From NCBI RefSeq assembly GCF_009914755.1, contig NC_060930.1: a stretch of DNA of 64,000 bases; one strand, given 5' to 3'. This document shows, one piece after another, positions 44,579 through 60,357 of this stretch. Below the pieces are notes generated by a model. It was given only the letters and a program-made list of their open reading frames with translations. It was not told where the DNA came from and made no database searches. Both the position numbers and the translations under genes were made by a program. The first letter of the stretch is position 1; the number at the start of each line of letters is the position of its first letter. The stretch comes from the human T2T-CHM13v2.0 reference genome, Homo sapiens.

Positions 44579-45952
44579 CAAAACTCAAAATATATGGTTT
44601 TATATGTGGGGCGAGGAAATTTAAAGCTACTTAAATTTTGCACGATATATTCTACCTTGCAAGAGCTGGAAAGGTTGATACAAAAAATCATTTATTTAAC
44701 TTTGGATAATTCAGATCAAACAATTTGCTTAAATAATCTAGAACAGAAAAGAAAGAGAAATAGCTCACGTGGTATCTCCCATCGAATATGGGAGCCTGAA
44801 GTGTTAGTTTTAACCTCCTTTACTGCTAAATTTAAGGATGAAAGACTTTCTTAAAAAGTTAGTAGTGTTCCCATTTTCTTTTGGCCTGTGTTGGGAACTG
44901 TTGTTAACAATTACATTTTTTTAGTTTTTAGAAAAGATCCTAAATTTTTGAATTGACATTTTGTACATAGAAAACCTAGATTTTTTTTTTTTTTTTTTTT
45001 TTTTGCACATTGAATGTATAGCTTTATTACCTCATTTTGAAAACTAGTACTGCTTTTTAATGAATGGGGACCATTCTTTGCAGGAACAGTATTTCTAGTA
45101 GAATTTTTGAAGGTATTTTTGGAATTCTCAGACTTGTCCAATATGTAGCAGGATCAGAATTTTAGAGCAGGGAAACCCACAGAGATGATTTCATCCCCGC
45201 CCCTCTTTTTACTGACAAGGAATGTGTGGGTCAGGGAGGGAAAGGGACTCCACCGTGATCACCCTGTGAGGCAGGGACAGCACTGTGGCCAGAACCCACA
45301 TCTCCAGTTGCTAGTCCAACACTCTAGAATTATTTTATCCTGCTACTCTTCTCATAGGCTACTGACATTGTATTAAAATTGCTATCCATGGCCATTGTGA
45401 CCTGAAGAAGAAGAAAAAAAATGAACCACCAATGACCTCTTCCTCCTCTGCACCTTTCCTCTTTTCACCCGAAAATTAAGTCCTTATGAAAAGATTAAAT
45501 AGATGTGGCCCTGCATCTGTGGCAGCACTGTCTCTCCTGACCAGTCACTGACTGTTTTGGTCCACATCTGGAGTGGACTCAGTGGACATGATTCTCAGGC
45601 TGAGAAAAATAGGACTTGGATTTTGTCCTTGGCAGGCAGAGAACTTCCACTGTTTGAGGAGCTACTACTGGACTACTGTGTGTTTGTCCCACGTCCCACA
45701 GCTAGCTAAGCAGACCGGGCTCTTTTTTTTTTTTTTTTTTTTCACGGTCATCAAAACAAGTAGCTCCTCTCAGACACCTTAATACATAATTAGGTGTGTC
45801 TGTTTACACTTGGGAGACAGAGGGCTTCATGTCCCAGAGAAATACAAGACGTCTGGGAACAGCCACAAACAGATGTTGAAAATGTCCATTTGTGGCGAGT
45901 TTATTACTATAGCACCAGGAATAAACATTGAAGATGAAACCCCTCTGAAGGG

Positions 45953-45976
45953 GTGTGTGTGTGTGTGTGTGTGTGT
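45953..45976. repeat. (GT)n microsatellite
   Basis: Directly visible. Confidence 0.9.
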
Positions 45977-46638
45977 TGAGAGGGGAATGTTATCGAACAG
46001 AGTAGAAAGTGAAAGGAGGTTCTATTTTTTAAAAAATTTGCTCTAGTATTTGTTTATCTCCTGCAACAAGGAAAATTTCGCTATTTGGCTTTGGCTGTTT
46101 GAAGGCTTTTGCCAAATGCTTAACAATCTGTAGGGTTTGATTTCTTTCAGAAAGACCACTTTGAGAACAAGGCTCTATGTAACTAAGATGTGTTTGTTTT
46201 TGTTTAAATCACTCAGAAGAGAAATCATCTCTTGTCCATTGTTAAAAAGAGAGTTTTCAATCAAAGGAAAATTCTACATATTCTAAAATATACAAACAGC
46301 TCTTTGAAACTGATGCCAAATCAAACTCTAAAAGGGACGTTTTTCTTGCAGAAGTTTTGAGTTAATTCTGTGTGCAGGGCTTGAGTGGAAAAACGCTGAG
46401 ACTGTCAGAGGAACGAGTTACTACAACACTACATTTGGATTCGGAAGTTACATAAGGAGCATTGTCTCAGGATAGCAGGAAGACTCTTGTACATGGTTTT
46501 AGGCTAAATCCTAACAACAAAGAGAAAGAAATTCTTTGCAAAGTCAGTTTTTCAGTTAAATAAAAGGTAGTAGTTTGGTTCCTGATGTCACTGGATATAA
46601 ACATCCAGTGCGAGAAGGCATACCAGTCATCACTTTAA

Positions 46639-47018
<380 letters not shown>

Positions 47019-47721
47019 TGAGACTTCTGTTTGGATGGAAAGTAGTAGATGCTAATGAGGCACCTCTATTGGGGGAAAAAAGGACACAAATTGGAAACCC
47101 AACGCGTTCACTTCAGCTCTGCACTAATGAGCTGTGTCCTCGAGATGGTGCCTTCTTTCTCTGATGAAGCTTCCTTATCAATGGGTGCCTATCCTGACTA
47201 CCTCTCAGGCTCTTTGTGAAGGTAAAACCAAATGTATGTAAAAGCAGTGAAAACTTAAAAAGCAAAATCTGAGATGTTACCTTATTATTTCATGATGATT
47301 TTTGAGAGGTAGGTTGATGTGGGACCTGATGGTTTGCTGGGACTGAAAAAAATCAGAAACAGTTTTTGTTCATAGGATAAAGAGGGCAAGCCAGGGAACT
47401 GAGGAGAGCAAGAGACGCACCACAGAACTAACTGGTAGTCAGGGCAGAGCTGTGGCTCCGCAACTAACCTGAACCCTCTCAGGTAAACACAGGTAGAGTA
47501 AGTAGGAAAGGCAGTTAGTTGAAGATGTACAGACAGAAGGCAGATGACACACACAAATTTCAGTGAAAGACAAGGATTTAGGTCAAATCTGCTATTGCCA
47601 TCATTTTTCCCTTAGACACACATGTAAATACTTTTTGTATGTAACTGTGAGAGGGGCCATGGTGTGTTTAAAGATAAATAGGACAGCATTCCCATTTTTA
47701 AGCAGTTTAAAGTCTAGTTGA

Positions 47722-48078
47722 ACACAGCCATAAAAAAGAAAGATCATGTCCTTTGCAGTAAGATGGATGGAGCTGGAGACCATTATCCTTAGCAAACTAA
47801 TGCATGAACAGAAAACCAAATACCGCTGCATGTTCTTATACGTGGGAGCCTGAATGATGAGAACACATGGACACATAGAGGGGAACGGTGCACACTGGGG
47901 CCTATTGGACGGTGGAGGCTGGGAGGAGGGAGAGGATCAGGATAAATAACTAATGGGTGCTAGGCTTAATACCTGGACGATGAAATAATCTGTATAACAA
48001 ACCTCCGAGTCACAAGTTTATCTATGTAACAAACCTGCACATGTACCCTTGAACTTAAAAGTTAAATTAAAAAAAAAG
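47722..48078 (+). mobile_element. 5'-truncated older primate L1 (L1PA13-16-like) 3' end
   Basis: cagccataaaaaagaa..gatcatgtcctttgcag...gagaacacatggacac...aacaaacctgcacatgtaccc..gaacttaaaa plus A tail. Confidence 0.9.
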
Positions 48079-48139
48079 GCTATAGAGGTGATTGCGCGAT
48101 TGTTGCTTCCCCAGCACACTTATAAGAAAGATACAAATG

Positions 48140-48500
<361 letters not shown>

Positions 48501-51500
48501 CTAAAGCAGGAATATATGAAGAAGCTTCACAGCAGAGGGGGACTGTGAGGTCGATTTTAAAGGCTGCTTAGAATTTTAAGGAGCTGAGATAGGGTAGGGG
48601 GCTAGTGGGATACTAAGGGCGGAGGGGCCAATGTAAACCCAGGCAGGAAGGTGGGAAAAGGTAGGGTAGCACAGAAGATGGAAAAGGGTCTGGTATGACT
48701 GGATTATAGAGTTCATGGAAGTAAAATGAGAGACAAGACTGGAAAGGTAAGTTGGGACAAGATTGTTGCTCTTGCAAATGTTTGTGTGCCCTTAACACAG
48801 AGTCTAGAAACACACACACACCTGAGCGAAAAAGCCTGACGTGAAGTCACAGAACAGGTAGGCAAACATGAACAAGGAAATCCCGAGGAACCAGAAAGTC
48901 AAACAAGATAAAGATTGAGGAAGCCAGATAAACCACCCAAGCAGAAGATGCAACACAGAAAGTGAACCTTGAATATAAAGCCAGCTTCTGTCACAACCCG
49001 GAAGCCCCTTATGTATTTCCTCCTGGGGCAGGAACCCCTCCCAGGGCATGGTCAGCCCAGGCCTCCAGTGGGGCACAGGTAAGTGGCTGCATCTGACTGT
49101 AGAGGGAGAAAGGGCAAAAATAAGCATAGGTCCTCACAGGATACAGTTTGAGGCTGAAGCCTGTGGCTTTGATCCTAGATTAACATGGATTGCGTTAGGC
49201 CTGGGGTAGCTGTATCTTTTGGAGCTGAATTATAGAGACTGAACAGCACTTGGTAATCTGGTTCAAGTCCTAGGTCTAGGGGCATCAGGCAATTCGAGCC
49301 ACGTGCTTTAAGGCCCAGGATGGCCTCAGGGCTGTTGGACCACACCTGGGGACCAAGCCTTTTGAGATCTATTTTGGGAAATTGTATTTGAAAAAAATAG
49401 TGCCCCCAGCTTGTCAGGTTTTGTGTGATTCGGCCTTGAAAACAGCCGCTGCCTGCAGCGGACTCTTCCTTTTCCCCGGCATCTCTCCTGGACCAGTGCT
49501 AGTCTCAGTTACAGGTGTAGTCTTAGATTGGGTTGGTTTTAGATTTAAAGGAGCAGCTTGAGTCCTACTTTAAGAAGCAGAGTCCAACCAGAACTCTTCA
49601 AACTCTATCTGAAAACATTGGGCTTTGTGGTGATTATTCATTTCATAGTCTTTTCCTACCTCAACCAGCATCTCTCTTCTCAGTTATGGTTTTTTTACAG
49701 AAGAGTTTGGCTGGACCTGCAGCTGGGTGTGTGGGGTTAATCACGAATTTCAAGATTTTGATTCTCAATTTATGTATTTTCTAGCTTGGAGACCCAATCT
49801 TTTCGGTTTCCTTCTTCTCTGGCTCTACTAGTTCAAATAGTGCGGGTAAGGAGGAATGCCCTTTTAGGATGGAAATGTTTGCTATTTGCTGTGTACTGTT
49901 ACCAATTCCTGCTTACAAGAGTCTCATGCAATGAGTTTACCTAAGGAATATAAAACATGGTTTGCTTCATATCATTCAGAACACCAGTGGTAAAGACAAT
50001 ATCAGAATTCTGGGGCTGGGTCAAGCATGGCTAATGAGTGCATGCGTCTGCCTCCCATTCCACCTCCATCCCAGGGCTGTCAGTGATAATTGGTCAGAAC
50101 ACTTTTCATCATTGCCCTCCAGGTAGCCATGGCCAGGCTGCTAGATTCACATGAAAATGACCCCGAATCCCTGCACCTTAGGGGAGACAGTGACAGCAAA
50201 GCCCCCACAAGTCTGGGGCCAGGTCTTGGGCTACCATGTACTGATCTGTAACTTCGACGAAATCACTTTTTTTGAGCTTGAGTTTGCCATTCATATAGTA
50301 TAGTCAGTGGCATTGCTACCTTACAGAGGATTTAATGACAAAATGGCAGTGGGAGTGCTTTGATCGAGTACTTCTGCAGATCTGAGCTGTGGCATCCCAG
50401 CTGTTTGGTTAGCCACTCTTTCCTCTTAGTCAATTTTTGCTAACACCATGGGATGCTGTGGCTATTCCATCACTTATAGGATTCATATGGTTAGGGAAAA
50501 GCGACTGACTAGTCTGTTAAGCAATAGGCAGTTCTAGTTCCCAGCCCATCATCAAGCAGCTTCAAGTCAGAACATTCCTGCACCAGGGCTTCAGGCTTGC
50601 TACCAAGCCTGAAAGAAACGCTGCGCAGATTTTTCCACGGGAGCGCCTCAAAGGGCAGAGGAAACTCAAGGGCTCCTTCACTATCCCTGCTCTCCCTGAT
50701 CTGCTGGCATAACCCAAAACAACCCCAGGTCCCCAAAGAGAATATTTTCAAGTCTCTTGTTTTATCTGAGAATGTATGTGAATTTTATTTTAGAATATGT
50801 ATGTTTTTGTTTTAATATATAAATAACGTTTTAACTTACTAATATCAGTTAAATGTCCCCCTTTAAAAACCCTTCTCCATTTGTCCACTTCTTGTATTTC
50901 ATGCCTTCCTATCAGTTAGGCTTTGGTGTCTAATATATAACATCTCAACCAGTTCATAAATTTCTGCTTTTAATATAGACCAAGTTACCACTAGCGCAGG
51001 CCACAGGAAAATACCAGTCTGTCCTGTCTGAATTCTGGCTTTTTTGAAAGATTTACTTAGGAACAATTTATCATTTAGTTTGCAATTTTTAAAATAATCT
51101 TAATTGACCACATATGTTATCAAATAAGAGTTGGTCTTGTAGCCTCTGCCTCGCTCGCCATCTCCCCGCCACCTCCCACCCCCTCATTTGCACATGTGTA
51201 CAACCTTCTGCCAGGATGTCAGAAAATTAATTATGCCACTCCAGGCAGATACCATCGCAGGAAAGGCTCTCTCTGATTTAAGATAAGATTACCAATATCT
51301 AAGCTGTTATTTTTAGGAGGGAAAGGCTATCACTTTTAAACCTCTCTCCCTCATTTTCCTAGTTCCTTCTCTCCTAATTTGGCTCCATGTTTTGGTAGCC
51401 ATAAGTCATTAGTGGTTTTTAATTTTTCTGAAACTGAAATAAGGTCTGAAAGGGTGGATTTGTCCCTTTTTTCCTCCTTTTTTCCTTTTTTTTTTTGGCT

Positions 51501-53949
51501 GGCTAATCGGAGGAACGCAACCACATCTGAAGCCACTTGGCTCATTATGAATTTCATGGAAACTGATTCTCTGAAAGTGTTTCCATATGTGTTCCCAATA
51601 TATCCCATCCTCTCTAAATGGGAGCACAGACGTGTGCATGGGCTGGAAATGGCTTCAGGATGTGACAGGGCAGTCATATGACTGCCACGGCACCGTGGGT
51701 GGCCCCTTCTGAAAGACACGGTGTCCTGGGTGCTGGCCTCCTTCCTGCAGTGGATCTGGTTTCAAAGACTATCCATCCTTCCTAGGATTTAAAAAGTTCT
51801 TAATCAAGGCCTAGCAGGAAGATCTCTCTCATTTTTCCTCCCTTTTCTCTCCCCCTCCATCTTTGGCTCGTTCCTTCCCTTACTCTCCCTCCCTGTATGC
51901 ATACACACTCACTCACACATCTACTGCCTGCCCCCTTTCCCTTTATAAAAGGAAATATATTCTTCCAACAATATCCTCAAAATTTGGGTGGGTTTAAGGA
52001 ATGGCTGAATTTTCTGAAAATTGCCAGGTTTTTTTTTCTCTCTCTCTCTCTCTTTTTCCTTCAGCATAACATACTTTCTTAGCCTTAGGATCAGCTAGTT
52101 CTTTCAGAATTTGTGAGCATGCAGTGGAAAAGTACAATTCATTACAACACAGAAAACAAATATTTAGACTGGATAGTCGAAGGACTTTCCCTCTCTTTTG
52201 CAAAAGAATGGAGTTTGCTGGTCATTTCATTATCTTAAAATGATTTTACAATCTCATTTTGCTGGTTTCTTCTCCATCAGCATGATCCATTGCATGTCTT
52301 CTATATATGGTATATTTTCCTAATTATTATCTAATGAAATGAAAAGTAAAACTAAGTTAGTGATGGATAGTTGGTCATTTTTTAGTGTGAGGGGAGAAAT
52401 TCAGGGAAATTTAGAAAATTGGTCCCTTAGAACCTCAGTGTGGAAAATGCAAAGTAATATTTTGCATATAGTCTACATTTGACTTTTGAATAATGTTTAT
52501 CCATAGCATTTCTACCTCTGTCGTGTTTGCCTCCTTGAGACTTTGGTAGTAATTCATCTGCTTTGCAAAATTTTTTGAAGCATCTGTCTTCTCAGCACCA
52601 TACTATAAGGTAGGATCTGGAAGAAGAATATGTGGTTCTTCCTCTTCATTTGCTTCCTCTTTAGTTGGAAAATGAAAATTCTTATCTAAAACCAATGATA
52701 ATACTTAGGAATGTGTGCAGCAGTAAGATTTATCTACATAAATGTCCAAGGTTAGTTTGGTAAATGAAATATTATGGTAAGAATTTGTGTGCCCAGGAAA
52801 TCCTTGTGTAGTGGTGAGCTTTGAGCCAGAGCTCGCTTACTTTGGTCTGGCAGAGAGAAGAGAGAAAACCATGGGTGCTGGGGAGAGCATGGGCAAAGCT
52901 CCCGTGAGTGTCCTGAGTATATAATCACTCCACCAGGAAGAGGGGCCATGCTTAGGAGCAGTGGGATATGACTTTGAAATAGGGCAGAGGACTCTGAATA
53001 TGCCCATAGCCTCCTTCCTTTTCACCCCTTCATTACAGAATTGCTCAGATATGCTTTTTGAAAGGTGGCTGGCCTATGCTTGAGTAAGGGGTAATACACT
53101 CTTGTTTTAAGGCCCTGCTGCCTGTGTGACTTAAAAAGGCAGTAAGTGGAAGAATTTCCCTTTTCATGTGTGTTTTCATAGAATGCAGATCTCAGGAAGC
53201 TCAAGGCAGACCCTCTATGTTTTCCTCTGCACCCTGCATGCTCTGTCAGGGTGCAGAGGTAGAATAGAATGCTGGAGCTAGGACAGAGAACCATGTTGGA
53301 GTCTCGTGTTGCCGCTCAGATCTACCATGCCTGCAGGTTTCCGTGTCTATAAAACTCATCTATAGAACTCATCTATGATTCTTGATGACTCTGACTTCTG
53401 CTTCTGTATACTAGTCTAAAAAAATTCAAACAAGATGCTAGTTTCACTCTCTGTTCCTTTAAACTATTCACTCCAAATAAAGATTATGATCTTAGTGGCA
53501 GCGATTAACCCAGGATCATAAGGAAGGACGAGTGTGCTTACCTAACAGCAGGCCATGGGTTTCTGGCCTGGCCCTCTTTCCCCTTCATCTAGTCTCCCCA
53601 GGGCTCCCTAGTGTGGATCTACACCCAGATACTGGCTGGGAGGCAGGACAGGTGCTGGGAGTGAAGAGGAAATAACAGTGGAAGCAAAGCAGAGGCATCC
53701 GTTTACTAGTGTCAACTGCTGTTTTGGGGGCTCCTGTCTGCAATGTGAGGTCAAGTGATGCAATAATGCTTGGGAATAGCTTTGAATGCTCTTTAAAGAG
53801 AGTTGTATAAGGTTTTATAGGTATGGAATGTATTTGAATTACATTTTAGGTTTGATGTCAGCATTGCTCAATGCTTTTCATATCTTTTCCTTTTGTGTTA
53901 AAACTGTACAGAGTTATTGTACAGAGTTCCCAATCCTTAGACTCATTTA

Positions 53950-54200
53950 CGTATTCATTTATCCATCCAACCATGCACTGACATTTTTTTTTTCATTTTA
54001 GCCTCTTACAATGTACTAGGTTCCAAGAGGGATATGAGAGGAAAACATATTCTTTACCATCCAAAGCTGACTTTATAGTTGGAGAAAACAGACTAAGAAA
54101 CAGCTAATAATTCAATAAGGGAGTGAGTAAGGGTCCAAAAGAGTGATATAGAAAATAAATGCTATTGGAACGGAAGTAAAATAGGAAATTAAATAATAGA
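53950..54200 (-). mobile_element. Degenerate L2 3' fragment
   Basis: attcatttatccatccaaccatgcactgacatt...atgtactagg...tttatagttggaga. Confidence 0.5.
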
Positions 54201-57200
54201 GCTGTTGGGAAGGGGGCAGCCAAAACGTTTAAAAGGGGGAGAAGATTCTTGGTTACCAGGGGAGAGCAGCTCCACATAGGTCTTGTGTATTACATGTTCC
54301 AATAGAAAGAACTCTGAGAGGGGTTAATAAAACGTCCTTCGGATTTATTTGAGATTTGTTGAAGCAATAACTCCTACCATTTAAAAGGCCCCAATGAAGC
54401 TTTGAAGTTAACACCTCATTGCTGAGAAGTACAATGGCTTTTCATTCTGTACCTTTATCCCCTCACATAAAGTGGGCAGAGGACTCTGAATATGCCAGCA
54501 TATGTTCAGTCTGGATTCAAGGCCCCCCTTCCTTTTTTCTGCCCTGACCTGCCTGCTCTGCTGGGATGTGTGAATGTACTGCACAGAGGCCAAGAGGACA
54601 TGGGGCATGGGGTTTCCCAGCTGACAGCCCCAATGGCAAGTACCCGGTCTGTTATTTTGGTCAAATTCCAATTTCTTTTTTGTTCTAGAGATCTCCTTAC
54701 CCATTTTCCGTCAACCAACCATATTTATTGGGGGCCTAGTCAATGAGAAAATGTATGTTAAAGTAAAGGCCTTCAAATGTCAAACAGGTGTGACTGTTAT
54801 GAAGTTCTGAAGGGGAGGCAAAGAAGTATCAGACACTTCTCTACCCTCCACAGCTCACTCTCAGTGGGAGCCAAACGTGACTCAGGATAAGCAGCATTCG
54901 AAAACAGTGTGTGAAAGATGCCACAGGGAGGATTCCCGGCCCTGAAAATTGAAGATCAGACATTCTGTTTGATTCCCTCTTATCTTGGTTTCACACACTT
55001 TCCACTTGAAGACCCAAGAAACCTAGTTGGGTAAAGAGAGGCTATTTCCTTTTCCCTCATAGACCTTGGGAGGAGGGGCAAGATGTTTTAATTTTTATTA
55101 GTGATTTTATTTTTATTTGTGCTCCATGGAAATGTTATTAATATATTCTTTCCTGTGTATATTAGGTTGTGAAAAATTGCTGCTGCCGCTGCTGTTACTA
55201 TTTTAATGAGCAAAGTTCTTGCAGCTCTTTTTATGACAGCTACATTTGTTTGCAAGCTGTTTGGCTTTGGCTAGGGGTGTAGACAGCAGTTTTGGAATGA
55301 AATGCATCTGTAGGAAGCCAGCAGGTCCTAAGGGGATCATACCCTTGACCTTGGTCTCATTCACATGTTGCCCTGAGCAACCAAACTAATTGCCCATTAT
55401 TTAGCAGATTAGATCAACAAGGCCTAAAAGAGTTATTAATAATATCCCAAAGATAGGAACTCTCACTGGGGCAACACTTAGGCAGTAGAAGAGTCAATTT
55501 AAGTATTTTGAGATATTTTGAGTATTTTTCATTTAGGCAAATCAACTTCTAAGATAGCAGGTGTGTATGTGTATGTAGATAGACCTGTGATCATGTTAAC
55601 CAAATTCCTTAAGGGTAACTAAGATAGCATATCCTTTGTTAGAAGTCAAAGAGGTCTGTCTAGCTGTGGCTGTGATTTTGTGATATTGAGTAAATGGCTT
55701 CTTTTCTCTAGATACCAGCTTTCCTATTTGTCAAACAGGGGTTAGATTTGCATTACCTAAGCAGCAAATTAAGAGTTTAGACTTTTCCATCAGAGTTCCT
55801 CAACCAGCATAAAGGAGTATTTGAGTACCTTGGGGGATCTCGGATCATAGCCTAAAGCTTTACAAGAGCAAAATTTTGTTGAAGTCATTTTTTATTTATC
55901 TAAAAATTCACATAAATGTTGCACTCTCCTCCACATCATATTCATGTTTATTGTATAGTGTATTATTTTCCCCAAGTTGAGTAAAACCAACCCATCAGGA
56001 AAATGCACGATGATTATCTTGGGCTTCTAGTAACTCCTGGCAGTCCCCCAGGAAGATGTAGGCACATACCATTTTGAAACTCTTCGCACCAAGTGATCTA
56101 GTGTTGGCTATAGCACTCTCAACTTCTCCACTGTTCAGCAAAGCCTAATAGCCGAATGTACTTTGTATATGGAGGAGATAACATGGATAACAGCAAAAAG
56201 AATGGACTTGTGCAAGTTGTTCCTTGCTATTTTAAAAAGGTCCCCAAACCACCTTTGGCTTTATCTATCCAGTAAGTTGTAGTCATGAGTTTTAAACTGG
56301 CTCTTGGGAGCTCTGAGCGTACCAGGCATATCACTGGGGGAGTGGCTGAGCTTTGGTTTTATATTTAGAAAATCAGATTGGGGTTGCACTGCTTTTAGAA
56401 CTCTAGGCCTTCATAATATGGACTCTTAATAAGTCAAACTTATATTTTGCTTACTTTAGTTGATGTAACATCCAGTTAGTTCTATGTTGGTAAGTTTGTG
56501 GCTACAATGTGGTTGGTGACACAAGGATGACTAGTTTAGGATACAATGTCAAAATAGCCCAAGCAGGGGTTCTAAAAGAAAACCTGAGTTCATGTACAAA
56601 ACAGACATTGGAAGCACAGACACAACCTTATTCAATGAAAGAAAATTTAAGGATATTATTTGCTTCTGTAACTATTATTATTTAAAAATTTGAAGATTAG
56701 GAAGGAGTTTATAGTCTTTCTTTTAAGTTTAGGATTTCTCCCACCACCTTATCATGATTATTTTATAAGGGATCTCGTATGGTACTAGAGCAAATTGTTA
56801 CTATTTCTTCCTAGAGAACATGTTGCAAAATGTTTCAGGAACATTTCTTGGTAACATAAAGTGACTAAGCAAATTCCAGAAAATTCTATTGTTTGTAAGT
56901 TGAAAAATCATCCTATAATCCCTTTCAAGTCAACATTAGCGCTCTTTATCAAGAAAGAGTCCATTCTCAAGACATTAAGACTCAAATGCCTAGAAGTGAT
57001 TGGTTAAAATACTGTAAACCTAGCGGAAATTTGTTGCATTGTTTTCTATAAACCATAACCAGAGCTCATTAATTGAAAAACAAATGTCATTTTGTGTTAG
57101 CTAGCATCTATAAACCAAAAAGGTACAGTGATCCTGGCATGTGATGGGCAATAAAAACATCAGCAAAATGTATCAGGTAAAATTGAGAGGAAGGAGTGGG

Positions 57201-57972
57201 GAGGGGTAAATTCAAAACCATATTGGAGTTTACTGCCAGGGCCCCACATAAAGAGTTTTAATGAGGCTTCTGCATCAAAATAAGTGAAACCATACGGAAT
57301 TGTAATTATTACTGCAGTGTATTTTAAGTACAGATACACCTAAGAAGCAGTTTTTACATTAACATGTCTATCTGTGTGAACTCCATACTTCTGCAGGGGG
57401 CACACGTTGGCGTTTTAAGTGCGACTTCTTTCTGATAGACGCTGTTCACATTATTCTGGTTCTTCTTATATGATCTAAATATTGAACTTAATGCATACAG
57501 AAGTGCCCTGCCCATCGCTGTTAGTTCTGCCAGCTCAAGGTCACCTGGATGCCCTGCAATGCAGAGGCTGCCTGAGGAACGTCTGTGGCCTCCATTTGGC
57601 CTCTGTATTGTACGAGGCAGGGCACAAGCACTGGGCGGGGGAAATGTTATGGAGCATCTGCTCCCATTTCTGATTCTGTCATAATCGCTGTTTCCACATT
57701 TTTAAATTTAAGCTTGTCAGAATTTCGTTTTTGGGAGGAATAGGTAGAGGCTAGTTGAGGATGGAAGAATTTATAAAAAGCAGAGAGTGACTGCCTGGGC
57801 TGTCAGTTTTGGTTCTTCATCTTGAAAGTGTTTGCTTCTGGCCTTAGAAGCTGCTCACTAGCTTTTACCCTCTGCTTATGGGCCTGCAGACTCTGGGAAA
57901 TACTAATGAGGGATGGGAACCTCTCTGTCTACCCCTCCCCTAAGGCTGTTGCTTCTCCTTCTCTCTTGGAAT

Positions 57973-58257
<285 letters not shown>

Positions 58258-59636
58258 TGAAGATTATAAGCAGTGTGCATTTTAACAAAAATTAATAACC
58301 TTCAATCAGCACCTTTAAAGAAAAGTGTTCGGATTATTCCCTTAATAAACATCGTAATATCCAAGAACAAGGTCTGAATAAAAATGAGGTGAAGAAGTAC
58401 CCATTCATTAAAGTCCTCAAGAATTGTTTAGTGCTTTCCTTTATAGCTAAAAGCTGTAGGAGAAACAAATATATGAGATCTGAATAATCAAAATATTTTA
58501 GAAGGGAACAATATCTTAACAAGAGCACTGGTATTAGAAAAGGGCTTGTCACAATTCTGTCAATTCTAGAAAAATAATAATAAACCCAATCTTTAAAGGT
58601 CACAACTACAAGATTCTAGCATTTCAGAAAACAAATTTCCACATGAAATGGTTTATAACGGTGGTTTCATAACTTAGGCACCAGAAACATCTATTAAGGA
58701 GGCCTACTGTTAGCTTTAGAAGTGAAAGGACTTCATGTTTTAGGGGAAAACCATCTTTGCCTTCAGGTTACTGCTTCAAGTTGACCTGAAGCTGGTTCTG
58801 TAGGATGTGGTGCTGGGGCCTGGGAGACGGGTGGGGAGTGCCCTCCTCTTAATCTCCCCTAGGCAGCGAGCCTCTCGCAAAAGCTACTGTTAGCACCTGG
58901 TCTAAATCAGGTCACAAGTCTCCCATCAAGACTTGAAATCAATGATTCCTAAGGTACCAAGCCCCCTTGTGCCTCCTAACTCCCATTTTCAAAACCGACT
59001 GATCTAGTAGCTTATGACCCTCCCTATCCACCCCCAGAGAAGTTATGAGTTTCTGGTTTGATTTCACTGTTGCTAAGATGAGACCTCTGACAAGATTTTA
59101 AATTCTTTAAAGGCCTTAAAGGAAATGATAGGAACATGATAGGATATCTTTTTGATGTTCCTTCATTGATGAAAGAGCCTACCAAGAGTAAATAACAGTA
59201 AGACATTATTTTGGAATTTCTTTATATTGAGTTGAGGAAAATAAACTTGTCTGACTTAGTAAAAATTTCACTTCAAATATCTAAAGTGCAACGAGAAGCA
59301 AAAAGAGAAAAAAAATCCATGAGGATTTGGTTTTAAAGTCTGGTGAGTGAACCTATGTGATCAGAGTGTTGGGTTGGTTTACACATTGACCTGGCACACA
59401 TGTGGGTTTTTAAAGCCCTCTGGGATTCTCTGGGGGTGAAGAACTTAAGGATCAATGCTGTTAAGACTGCAAAGTGGGGGAAAAAGACTGTAAAGTGACT
59501 GGTGCATTTGAAGGTCTGTCTGTGGCTTGCTGTTCCTTTATGGGAAAGCTAAAGTTTTCTCTTTTTTTTTCTTGTAACAATTCTATCATTATTTTAATTG
59601 ATATTTACAGATTTTTCCCTCCATCTTCTGTTATAA

Positions 59637-60122
<486 letters not shown>

Positions 60123-60350
60123 AATTCCTCAGCAGTGGCCCAGTGGTATCTGGGGGCCACATCCCACACGTATCAATATATACATATATAGAGAGAGTGC
60201 ATATATATGTATATCGATTAGCTATCTACAAAGTGCCTATTTTTTAGAAGATTTTTCATTCACTCACTCAGTCATGATCTTGCAGCCATAAGAGGGTAGA
60301 TATTGAGAAGCAGAAGGCTCAAGAGAGACAATTGCAATCGAGCTTCAGAT

Positions 60351-60357
60351 TGTTTAC
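60351..60357 (+). promoter_or_regulatory. miR-30 family seed match TGTTTAC (7mer-m8)
   Basis: Exact seed complement. miR-30 regulation of RUNX2 is established. Confidence 0.75.
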
